Of a stretch of 64,000 nt of DNA, positions 24,263 to 34,930 are shown one piece after another. The DNA lies in contig OZ076409.1 of assembly GCA_964187785.1 (NCBI GenBank), positions 6,202,001-6,266,000 of the forward strand. Direction: 5' to 3'. How positions within the stretch are numbered: the stretch's first letter is position 1; each line of letters opens with the position of its first letter. The notes beneath the pieces were generated by a model, which was given only the letters and a program-made list of their open reading frames with translations, searched no databases and was not told where the DNA came from. The translations under genes and the position numbers were made by a program. Source of the stretch: Amphiscolops sp. MND2022. Taxonomy: Eukaryota.

Positions 24263-24365
24263 TAGGCAATTTGCTATTAGGGGAAAATGCTACCAAGGTA
24301 ATTTGCTACTAATTATAACTTTTAGTGCAAGATGGTCGAGTATGGTGCCTAATGAGAAATATTAA

Positions 24366-24912
24366 CCTCGTTAGTGATTTTGTCCTCAAACGAGGACAGC
24401 GATTTTTTCACAATCAAAAAAAATTACGAAACGCAAAAAGCATATAGGAAAAGGAATGTTTGTCTTTCTATCAACAATCCATTGGACTATTTGGGGCGAG
24501 TTGTTATTTGTGTCAATATCGTTTGTTTTTCGAACCACCGGCAAAAAAGAAACTGGAAAAAAGCGGAAATTTGCACAAAAAACTTTTCAGAAAATTAGCC
24601 TTTTCTCAATAACACAGCAACTGTTTGCTAAGTCACTGTCACACTCTAGTAACACAGTTTGCCGTCAATGAAAAGGCATATAGAAGTTTTTTCGATGAAG
24701 CTTCTGCTAAGAGTTCGACCGGCATTTGAAAGGTCCCCAAAAAGTGGCGCCAACTCCCAACCTAACTAGTATGCATTTGAAAGCTTAGGTAAAGGGTTTT
24801 CAGGAGCAGAAAACCGATTTGAGCTGTGACTATTATTCGTAGAGAAATTAAGCATTAAAAAGTGTTGCCAGTTTTTTTGTCAATTTTTAGACTTCTCGGT
24901 GCACTGACGAGG
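24366..24912. mobile_element. piggyBac-like (TTAA) MITE
   Basis: TTAA|CCTCGTTAGTG...CACTGACGAGG|TTAA; inverted second copy at 62142-62908. Confidence 0.75.
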
Positions 24913-25073
24913 TTAATTAAACCGTTGAGTGACACCTTTTTCATACGGAATACAAAATACGGGCTAAAATTGAATATATATCAAGATGCTATAAAAGCAA
25001 GGCAAACAATAGTCAGACGTCATTCGATCATTTTAAACTTGACAATCTATCAACAACTTAAAACGAATTCAAA

Positions 25074-25806
25074 ATGAGCCTCAAATTTGGAACTTCTAAC
25101 CGAGGACGACCGACTCTCATTTTTGAGGGAAATGAATAGGTTAAGAAGCAAGAAACCAACACCACCACCACCCATTGGATATGTCGAAATTGTCGAAACA
25201 ATCAAATGCTCGACAATTGTTATTACCTCGTAGAGTCATCCATCAGTGCTATAGTTCACGAGGGAGGGCTGTCATAAATCTGACAATCCCTCGGGTGCTT
25301 ATAATGAAACCATATAATTTCCGACGATCAATAAAATTTGAGATACACTGTCCTAATTTATAAATTACCCTCCACTTACCGATGTTTTTCAAATTTATTT
25401 TATGGGACCGCTATTGACACTGTAAGGAGGCTCTGCAGCTTGCAGCGTACTGACACCCAAACTCTTTTCACTGACACGCCCTCCATGTACTAAGGGCAAA
25501 AAGTTCTATATCTCTTTACACCATATCACGGTTTCAGTACGCGCGGTCCCTATTAGTGTTTTTTAATTGTTATTACCTCTGGGAATGCTGTTTATCAACT
25601 TTATACAATTCATATTGCTATCGGTGGTTAACTTCCGCCTTGTTTGTACGCTCTACTGCCCAATAAAACAGAAAAAAACTTACAGAAGCTTCTGCCAAGC
25701 CTTGTTGGAACTAGTTTCTAATGGAAAACCTCAGCGAATTATGATGGACTTTGAGAAAGCCCCAATGAATGCATTCGGGGACTTTCACCCCATCCACCCA
25801 GATTGA
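25074..25806 (+). pseudogene. Mutator (MULE) transposase remnant: FLYWCH-like N-terminus and MULE catalytic-domain fragment, interrupted by insertions
   Basis: MSLKFGTSNRGRPTLIFEGNE*VKK...HWICR, then (frameshifted) LYALLPNKT..TY...PQRIMMDFEKAPMNAF. Confidence 0.75.
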
Positions 25807-26042
25807 TTTAAATCATGCAATTATAAATCAATGACAAAAAGAATTAGTCGACAGACATATCAGAAACCGTGGCAATTATAGACTGCCGCCGGTTGAAACG
25901 AGTTGTTACGCGAAAAAAAGCACACACTTTCCGATAATACTCGCTCATCGCAAGTGTAATCAAATCTAACACGGCTCCTTTTTGCGAGCAATTCAATTGT
26001 TCCTTCACTTTTTTAATGAAACGAAATATCAAAAATGTATAT

Positions 26043-26400
26043 TGCAAAAGTTTTTCGATCGGCAAGATCATCTTTAGTTCAGGGCATCATCAGTGCATAA
26101 AATAAATTTGAATTGCAATGGGCATTGAGAGTATGGATACGATAGCAAGCTATCGGACAGAAATGTATACGGGGTGTGGGGTTGGAATTCCGTTTAATGT
26201 AAATAGCTTCCAGTGCAGGCATAGTTCTTTAGTGACTATTTCGGAATTTAGAACCTTCAAGTCTGGTATTGTAAGAGTGGACATACATTGTGAAAAACTA
26301 CCACCCAATTGCTGTTTGACTGCAGCGTGTTCCTTAACCCTAATTGAGAGTTCTTATCGTTCGATCGATATCAGATCCACGATCCACCACAACGTGATCA
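26043..26400 (-). mobile_element. Penelope-like element 3' remnant: GIY-YIG endonuclease fragment followed by a degenerate hammerhead
   Basis: Frameshifted RTIRTL / SIRVKEH...LEAIYIKRN; downstream TGCA-CTGATGA-...-GAAA-AACTTT-TGCA (26097->26043). Confidence 0.65.
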
Positions 26401-26847
26401 CCTGTCACTTTTTATTTCAAGTTTTTTTTTGGGGGGGGGGGGGGTGATAGTCAGGAAAACTGTTGAGACATTCTTATTGTTCCGAACACATAACTTGTTT
26501 CGTTTAATTTTTTCAAGATTTTAAAGGTTTTTTCAAAAGCTAGTTTTCAGCAGGGTCTGACTCGACATTAAGCGGGGTGCGGTCAGCACACTTGTAGTGG
26601 ATAAGTGTATAATTTGCTCAATGATGAATAGTAGGGATTCGACCAGTCTTCGACCGGTACATGAAAAATTCGCTACGATATATCGTGGTTCCAAATCAAG
26701 TTTTCCACATTGAGCTATTTCGCCAAACTTGATAGCTTTTGGCAGACTTTCAGGAAAATGAAGCATGAGTCAAATCAGTGGTTTGGTTTCAGTGATTCAT
26801 CATCAGACATCTAAATCAATCCAATTCGAAAAATCATCTCAACTTAC

Positions 26848-26916
26848 CCCGCTTCATTTTGACACCACTGATGACACAATTTCCAGGGATTTTCAGATTG
26901 TCTGTTACATCCACAG
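26848..26916 (-). CDS. EXD1: EXD1-like exon 2 (second half of Lsm-like domain, AVDVTDNLKIPGNCVISGVKMKR)
   Basis: ccattttag|CT...CGG G|gtaagt; 69 nt, phase 1/1. Confidence 0.82.
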
Positions 26917-26986
26917 CTAAAATGGATAGCATAATTAGAATGAATGAAATACTCGAATTTCTTCTTGGCGTGAGATCTTCTCTAAC

Positions 26987-27140
26987 CATTTTTAAGGGTG
27001 AAAACATCACCAATTTTCTGGTAATGGATAACAACCCCTTTGAACAAGGTTTCGTCTGTTTGTAATTCAACTGTTCTTCCAACGAGAGACAAATCTGAGG
27101 ATCGTCTCCCCCGACAGCCTCTGGAACGCTTATTTCCCAT
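26987..27140 (-). CDS. EXD1: EXD1-like first coding exon (MGNKRSRG...LVGRTVELQTDETLFKGVVIHYQKIGDVFTLKN)
   Basis: ATG at 27140, donor AAT G|gttaga. G..V.+......F.G.+ Lsm-like pattern, as in the EXD1 N-terminus. A splice acceptor lies 9 nt upstream of the ATG. This frame is not in the ORF track. Confidence 0.8.
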
Positions 27141-27472
27141 TTGAACCTTCTGAAAAATTTTGGAAACATTAAGAGGAAGAAAAACTTTCCCTTTTCTCAG
27201 ACGACAAAGTGTGTCAATAGTTTGGTGCCATGTGGGTCTTTGTTAGGTGGCTCATGCAAAGGGTCTGCAAACAAAAGGAAACTTTCAAGGAAAATGCAAA
27301 TCAAAAGATCATTACTCATGCCAGCAACTTCTTCATCAATCAAGTGCCATGTAGTTGTTGAATTCCGAGCGCAGCTGGAGAAAACTCTTCCAATAATTTC
27401 CAATATATCCAGCTGTTTTGGCAACGACAGTAGGGAACCCCATACAAGCCACCAGGGCATGGCAATTATTCA

Positions 27473-30400
27473 TTGCAATTAATTGATTTCAAAAAAGCTT
27501 GCCAATCAATAATTGTTAATTGGTTTTCTCATCAATTAATAGTAGTGTCCCCCAATGTCACTCCGCCCACACCCGCTGACTTCTGGACGAAAATAACACC
27601 AACACATACTGACTTTATCAAAAAATGCTACTCTGAAATAGTCCAGTGGAAGCCTCAATTTGTCACTCTCAGCAAAAACAAAACTGGACATTGCTTCATC
27701 GAAAGCCTCAGCATTATCTTCGATGAAGTTGCCGAAAAATCGGGAAACTCGAATGTAGCACTTTACTTCGCGATGGTAATGCCCCATCTAGTTCTGGCCC
27801 GTACGAAAGAGAAACGTGAAACATCCATCGGAAAAACCATTCAAAGACGAATGGAAGCATGGCTTAGCTGCGAATTCGAGGCGCTCTTCAACGAAGCAAA
27901 GGGGTGGGCGGAAGTAGGTCGAAGGAACGGGATCGAAAATCAGAGTTAGTTTTCAGGTCGACATACCAAATTTTTGAATGGGATCGAAACAACTCGGATC
28001 GAAATTTTTGTAACGTAGTCAGATATGTTCACATACCCCTAGTGCCCTGAATGCAGGAGCGAAGCGAAGCGACGTGCCATGAGGCCATGCCTCAATGTTG
28101 CTACAGGTGACTATTCAAATCGTAGAATATTCAAACCGTCGAAAAAATCAAAGCTATTCAAAGCGTCGAAAGAATTCCATAGCAGCGATTATTTCCAGGA
28201 TATAATTTGAAGATGTTAGCATATTTGTTGTATGGCTCGGTCGCTTCGCTCCCTTCGCCAAGTAGCAACATTGAGGCATGGCCACATGGCACGTCGCTCC
28301 GCTTCGCTTCGCTCCTGCATTTAGGGCACTAGGGGTATGTGAACATAGCTGACTACGTTATCGTAATTTTGAATGCTCGAATTTGATTGGCCGAAATCAA
28401 TTCATTCCATTACGTCATACCATGCTCGCTACATTAATACATGTTCGACGCTTTGAATATTCTACGATTTGAACTGTCCCCGTTGCTACATGGCGAAGGG
28501 AGCGAAGCGACCGAGCCATACAACAAATACGATAAAATTCGACCACTTTCCATTCGATCCCTGCAATTCGATCAAAAGGTTCGACCTCTGTCCTTTCGAC
28601 CAGAAATATTCGACCTATTTACAGCCACCCGAAGCAAAGGCACTGCAGCTACATATACCAAAAGTGCGGAAAACCCAGAACCCCGATGAAATGAAAAGTT
28701 TTGACATCCAAATGTCATCCGGGAAAATCTCAAGTGCATTGCGGTGTCTGGATGAGTCTCAGAAAGGCAACTCAGAGTGGGAAACAAAACCGTAATGCAA
28801 ATCCTTCGGGAGAAACAACCAAAACCGATGACATCAAAAGACAGCTACGTCACTAACGAAATAGACCACACCCTCGAACACCATCACAGTATTTTCGACA
28901 AAATTAACGCCTCGACAGTCCGAAATACAGCCATGGTAACGCAAGTTAGCCGCCGACCATCCGGCGTCGACGCCAACGACTGGCAGAGGTGGCTTTCACA
29001 TTTCGGTCAAGCATCCACGAACCTCTGCAAGGCTCTTGCGGCATTTGCCCGGAGGCTCGCAACCGAACAAATGCATGATCTAACTCCCTACAACGCATGC
29101 CGTCTCATACTGCTCGACAAAAACCCAGGTGTCAGACCAATCGGAGTGGGCGAAGTCATCAGACGCATAATTGGGAGGAACATTCTTCGATGCATCGGGA
29201 ACGATCTCAAGATCTCTGGCCAGAATAGGCAACTCTGCCTTGGTCAAAAATGTAGCATCGAACGCGCCATTCACAGTCGACGTGAGACGTTCGAGCTGCC
29301 AGAGACAGAAGGGCTCCTCCTGATTGACGCCAAAAACGCGTTCAATAGTCTAAAAAGGGATCTGGCCCTGAAAAATATTCAGAAAACCTGTCCATCCATC
29401 ATAACAGCGCTCCGAAACTCATATGGTACACCTTCAAACCTTTACGTGAATGGGAAAACTCTCTTGTCGCAAGAAGGAACTACTCAAGGCGACCCTTTCG
29501 CTATGTCCATGTATGGCATTGCGCTTCTACCGTTGAAGGACCTCGTGAACGAAGAAGGAGTGCTTCAAAAACGGTATGCTGACGATGGCAATGTAGCCGG
29601 TAGCATCGAATCGCTCCGAAATCTCTTCGAAAAAAAGAAGCTCCACGGTCCCGCATTTGGATACAACATCACTAAATGTCATCTCATCACGAAAGATTCC
29701 TCCCTTGACAACGCAAAAGACCTCTTAAAAGACGAAGAAGTTGAACTAGTGGGAGGACACCGTGTACTGGGGTCCGTAATTGGATCGTCCGAGGCCTGTC
29801 ACGCTTTCCAGTCCTCCAAACTCACTGAGTACACGAACATTGTAAACAAACTTGCGTCACATGCGAAAAAGTCACCACAGAATGTCTATCATGCATTTAC
29901 AAAAGGTGTTCAACACAAACTCACCTTCCTGTCAAGAACAACACCTGACATGGAAAACACACTGCAAAACACCGAATCTCTCTTAACGACGAAACTGGTC
30001 CCTAACATCAGCGACCGTGGTCAGTTATCTGTAGCAGAACGTTCTCTTTTCTCCCTACCGCTCAGCAAAGGTGGGCTGAATATCCTTTCACCCGAAGACA
30101 GAAGAAACGATCTGCAGTGGAGGATGTTACTTCTCATCTAGATGAAGAGGATCTAACCACCGCTGAAGCGAAACAACACTCAACAGTAAACATGATAAAG
30201 AAACAGAAGCAAGAAATTCAAAAAACTAAGCTTGAAGAAGTCAAATGCAACTTGAAGGACGAACAACGACACGCAGTTACACTTGTTTCGGAAAAGGGAG
30301 CATCCAGCTGGCTAGCAGCCCTCCCACTGAAACGCTATGGTTTCACTCTTACGAAGTCTGAATTTCGGGACGGTCTCGCGCTGCGCTACGGTTGGGAGCC

Positions 30401-31350
30401 AAAGAATTTACCTGCTAAATGCCCATGTGGTGAACCCTTCACTGTTGCCCATTCCCAACACTGCGGAAAAGGAGGCTACACTGACATGAGACATGACGAA
30501 TTACGCGATTTACGCGATACGTTCGCAAAGATAATGAAAGACGTTTGCTTCGACGTCGAGGTGGAGCCGAAACTTCAGAGGTTAGAAGGGGAATCCTTCG
30601 AATATAAATCAACTTGCACTGAAGATGAAGCTCGTCTCGATATCAGAGCAAATGGACTCTGGGATTCACGATTCTCGAGAACGTATTTTGACATAAAATT
30701 TTTTTAACCCTTAACAAGTCCTGTCCGAAAGAAGTAACGGAAGCGTATAAATATCATGAAACTTTGAAAAAACTGAAGTACGAACAGAGAATCCTTGATG
30801 TGGAAAACAGCTCATTCAATCCGCTTGTCTTCGCGTGTTCAGGAGGCGCAGGTCCTTCAGGCTCGAAAGTTATATCCCGACTTTCTCTGAAGATCAGCGA
30901 AAAAGGACAAGACAGCTACTCGGACGCCATAGGATACATCAGGACGCAAATTAGCTCAGCTTTCATACACAGTTCTGTGCTATGCCTCAGAGGATCTCGA
31001 TCTACTCGCCGTCAAACTGAAAAATCAACTATCTCTACAATGGTTGAAGAGGGAAGGTTGTCGTGACTTACCTCGACGATCCTAATTTGGTGATTCCTGC
31101 GATATATTTACAGCCGATGTTTTTTAAAATTATGATACGAAGCCCTAATTTATAAATCTCTCCTCCACTTGATGTTCTTGGTGCTTGTTCCATTCAGGGG
31201 ACCGTTTTTGACACTTTATGAAGGCTCTGCAGCTTGCAGCGATCTGGCACCTTGCTTATCTTTTTCTGACTGCCCATGCTTCAACTCGGGCTAATTCCCT
31301 TTCATAAAGACCCCCTTTTAAAATAGTTCCAGTTCGCACGGTCCTTACTT
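27473..31350 (+). mobile_element. CRE-clade non-LTR retrotransposon (RT + zinc knuckle + restriction-like endonuclease), frameshifted, 5'-truncated
   Basis: LDKNPGVRPIGVGEVIRR, LLIDAKNAFNSL, EGTTQGDP, YADD, CPCG...H...C..GG...RHD, ARLDIRANG; frameshifts at ~28777, ~30120 and ~30707. Confidence 0.9.
27902..28630 (+). mobile_element. MULE-type MITE (core 1) inserted in the CRE ORF, itself containing an inverted MITE at 28106-28481
   Basis: Outer TSD GAAGCAAAG (27893-27901, 28631-28639), TIR GGGTGG...TAGGTCGAA; removal restores ...FNEAK|ALQL. Inner TSD GTTGCTACA (28097-28105, 28482-28490), TIR GG.GAC..TTCAAATCGTAGAATATTCAAA. Confidence 0.9.
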
Positions 31351-31369
31351 TTATGTTCGTAAATAGTAG

Positions 31370-34300
31370 AGGAGAGGAAGAGAAATAAAAGATAAAATAA
31401 TCAATAGTAGCAGTAGGGCTTTTGCGGAGATCCGCAAGGGGCTTCTCACACAGTCACACAATCACGTGGTGAGTTTTCTTTCTAGCTGCCTCCGGTTTTT
31501 CTTTTGCAAGTCAGTGGATTGAGGTATAGCACACGACACGTGATCCTATGCCTCATCCACCAATGCTGTCATCTCATCTTTCTTGTGGTAGCTGCCTGCT
31601 TTATATTGGATGCTTGATGAATCAAGACAAAGCACACGACCCGTGATACTTTGCCTAATTCCACTTGTCCCGGCAATTGTTTCTAGTACAGTCGCACCCA
31701 ATTCTCCATGGCTACGTGGAATCAGGTCTAATGAAATAGATCTAAGAGAGGGGGCAAAACTGAGATCTAAATAAATTGATCTAAATAATCAGGTCTAAAA
31801 ATTGCTTCTAATTTGATCTAATTTGAGGAAAAAAATAAGTCAAATAGGATCTAAAACTAAAAACAGATATAAAGTATAAAACGTGCCTCGGATATGTCCC
31901 CATTTCCTCTAGTGCCCCGCGGCCCATTGGGGCCGCTTATATTACCATCTTGCTAAGCGAGGTCGAACAGGAGCAAAAGACCTAGCGGGAACGTAGATCG
32001 CGAAGCGATCATAGTGGGAGCTGGTCTTTAAGACGGTGAGGGCGAGCGTGCATACATCGCATATGCCCCACATTATATTTTCGCTTTCAGAACACATATT
32101 AGATCATAAAGGGGTTAGACCTAAGTATTATAGATAAAATTAGATCTTAAAGTTAGACCTAACAGTTAGATCAAAGTCCATTAGACCCAAGCAATCAGAT
32201 CAAAGGCGTACACTCCCTCTCCATGAACAGGAAAGATTTTCATCAAAGTCTGCAAATTTTGTCCAAAATATTTGCTTTAACTGGTGTTTCAGACTTTTTC
32301 GGTCGCAATTCAAGATGTCCAGCTTCAAGGTGTTCACTATTCTCGTGGTTTTATAAAAAGCCTGCTGTAATTCGGATTTGCTGGGTCTTTCCGAATTGAA
32401 CTTCAGCTCTCCGCGGACAGAGAAAATCATTCCCGGTAGTCTCAAATTATCAATGTGGTAGTGACTTCGTATCAGTTTCGAAAGCATGAGGACGTCGTTC
32501 AGTTGTCGATACATCGTCAACGGTAAAAGTTTGAGTCTATACAAGGCTTCTTTTTACGAAAAATTCTCCACTAAAACCCATTGAACGATTCTTTTTTGCA
32601 AGTTTTCCAGTTGCCTGGAAACGTACATTGAAAGTACAAAACAACAGCTAGCATAAAGAACTCTTGGGACAATCATGCTTTTGTAGAGATCTAATTTCGA
32701 CAGAATTGGAAGGTTTGAGACATTACTCTTGATCATATAAAAAGTTTTGAATCCTTTCGAACAAGCATTATCGATGTGGCGGTTCCATTTTGAGTCGTTC
32801 TGTAGAAGTAGTCCGAGATCTTTTTCCCAGCATTTGTTTTCAAAAGCGTCGTTTTCTAGGTAGAAAGTCTCGATATCACCCTTGAAAGGTAAATGAGAGC
32901 ACTTGTCCAAATTCAAGGGCAATTTGGTGTCTTGTGTTCATGTGACAACCTCATCCAGCTCCGATTGGTAAATGTTTGCATTCAGTCATATCCTCAAAAG
33001 TTTGGTATCGTCAGCGAATAGGAGAGGGATAATTTTTTCACAACATGAAGGCAAATCATTTATGTATATGAGGAACATTAAAAGTCCAACTAAAGATCCC
33101 TGTGGTACACCACTTTTGACTCTCATTTTCGGGGACAGGCTTTTGTCAAGGCGGACCCTTTGTGACCTTCCGGAGAAGTAACTGTATAGCAGTCTCAGGA
33201 GTCTTTCCTCAATATGAAACTGGTGAATTTTTCGAAGCAAAATTTCGTGATCAACTTGGTCGAAGGCTTTGCTGAAATCGGTTAGCACAATATCAAATGC
33301 AATATCAATCTAGCACAATATCAATCAAATTGTTCTCCAACCAAGCTAAATAGTCTGGAGCATCACCAACAGTTGTAGTACTGTGGATCGGCCGGGCATA
33401 AAACCATATTGAGCTTTATGTAGATAGGGGCTATCGTGAAGGAACAGACGCTTGAACAAAATTAGCTCGAAAATATTCGTTGGTATGCTAAGTAATGAAA
33501 CTGGTTTGTAGTTATCGGCGTTCAGTTAACTCCCTTTCTTGTGAATTGGACTCACAAAAGCTTCTTTCCAAACTGAAGGAAAGGTTGAGGTTTGGAACAC
33601 TTTTTTGAATAACTGGAAAAGCGATTCTGAGATGTGGTCTCTGACTTCGCGGAAGAGGATCTGGGGTAGATTGTCTGGTCCTTTTCTCTTATTCACAGTT
33701 AGTTGGCTACAAATGTTTGATATCTCCAGCCTCGTGAACTCGACGTTTTCAAACTTGGGATGAAACATATCTTGAGAAATTGGTTCGTCGAGAACTTTGA
33801 GGATGTTTTATACGTTGAAGCGAAGAAGTCGGCAAAAAGTCTGACTTTTTCCGCGTCTGAGTGAGCCTCTTCGTTACCGCATTTCAATGTAGACGGTATT
33901 TTTTCTTTTTTCAAAGCTTTGGAATACTCGAAGAGATTCGCTGAAGACCTTGTAGCTGCTAGTTGGCTTTCATAACAATTTTTGTCTTCTTGCACCATTG
34001 CATCGGACTTTAGGGGTAATTCTTGGACTGATGGAAAACTCTCTTGGTGTCTTTTCCGCTTTGTTAGACGTTTCAGTGGGTGCGATGTTCCGCGGGATAT
34101 CCATGGTAAAAGTATTGATCAATTTTTTTTTCATCTAGGCACAGAGTCTCCCAAATTTCCTCCAACCAGATATACCAGTTGTCCAATACATCTACCTTTT
34201 AACAGCAGTAGGAGCCAAATGGCGTTTGCTCCATCATATTTCTGATCTTATCAAAGTTGGCATTGCAAAAGCTATAAAAATAATTTCGAGGATTTTTCCT

Positions 34301-34930
34301 CATGTAAACTTCTTCTTCAATAACAGCGAAAGTGAAAACGATTGGAGTGTGTGAGGACAGATTACAAACAATCTCGTGATCGCGAAGTGGTTCTAAGACT
34401 ACATCGCAGATGTTTCTCGAAACCAACATAAGATTCAAGTTTTGAAGTCGATTTTTTGTTGCTGATTCAAATCATCGATGTTCTCTAGGAACATTTTTCT
34501 CTATCAGTTTCAGGTTCAAGGGTATTCCAGTTAATTCGATCAAGGTTAAAATCGCAATATGCAATGAACTTTTCGTTGTTTCTTCAAAAATAATATTTGC
34601 AATTATTGGCATAAATCAACAAACTAGAAATAATGGTCTATCAAACAAAACAAATTCTCTAAACATTTAAAACCAAACACAATTTATACTCACTAGTCCT
34701 GTGAAACGTCCGTGACTGTCTCGATAACCCAAAATTTCTTACTGGCGTTCAGGAACAATTGCTGTTCGAGGTGTACAGGGGTCAGGCTTTGGCGGAGGTC
34801 ATTCAAAGCGAAGCCAGCAGAACTAAAAAACAGTTCGAGAAAAAAACCTACAGCAGATGAAATTGAGGCAATCAACACAACAAAAACCATCGAATAACAC
34901 GTTTTTCATCATTATTTCCTTCCTCCCATT
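31370..34930 (-). mobile_element. Degenerate CR1/L2-group LINE (APE endonuclease fragments, RT, 3' UTR)
   Basis: TDFSKAFDQVDH, SGVPQGSLVG..MFLIYINDLP, LFADDTKL; the C-terminal WRIGCDCT is restored when the 31711-32216 MITE is removed. Confidence 0.85.
31711..32216 (+). mobile_element. MULE-type MITE carrying core 2 (TAGATC-repeat termini)
   Basis: TSD (T/C)TCTCCATG; same family as 59107-59957. Confidence 0.8.

Noticed and set aside
26775..26812. Second hammerhead (minus-strand CTGATGA...GAAA)
   Set aside because: No credible stem I or stem III pairing.
26834..27169. 111-aa ORF as a single EXD1 exon
   Set aside because: Only its 3' 69 nt are in the EXD1 frame; the Lsm-like first exon is in another frame, separated by a 70-nt GT-AG intron.
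28777..30141. 454-aa RT ORF as an active or domesticated gene, or as a bacterial retron/DGR RT
   Set aside because: It is the middle of a frameshifted, MITE-interrupted CRE-clade element with a downstream RLE domain.
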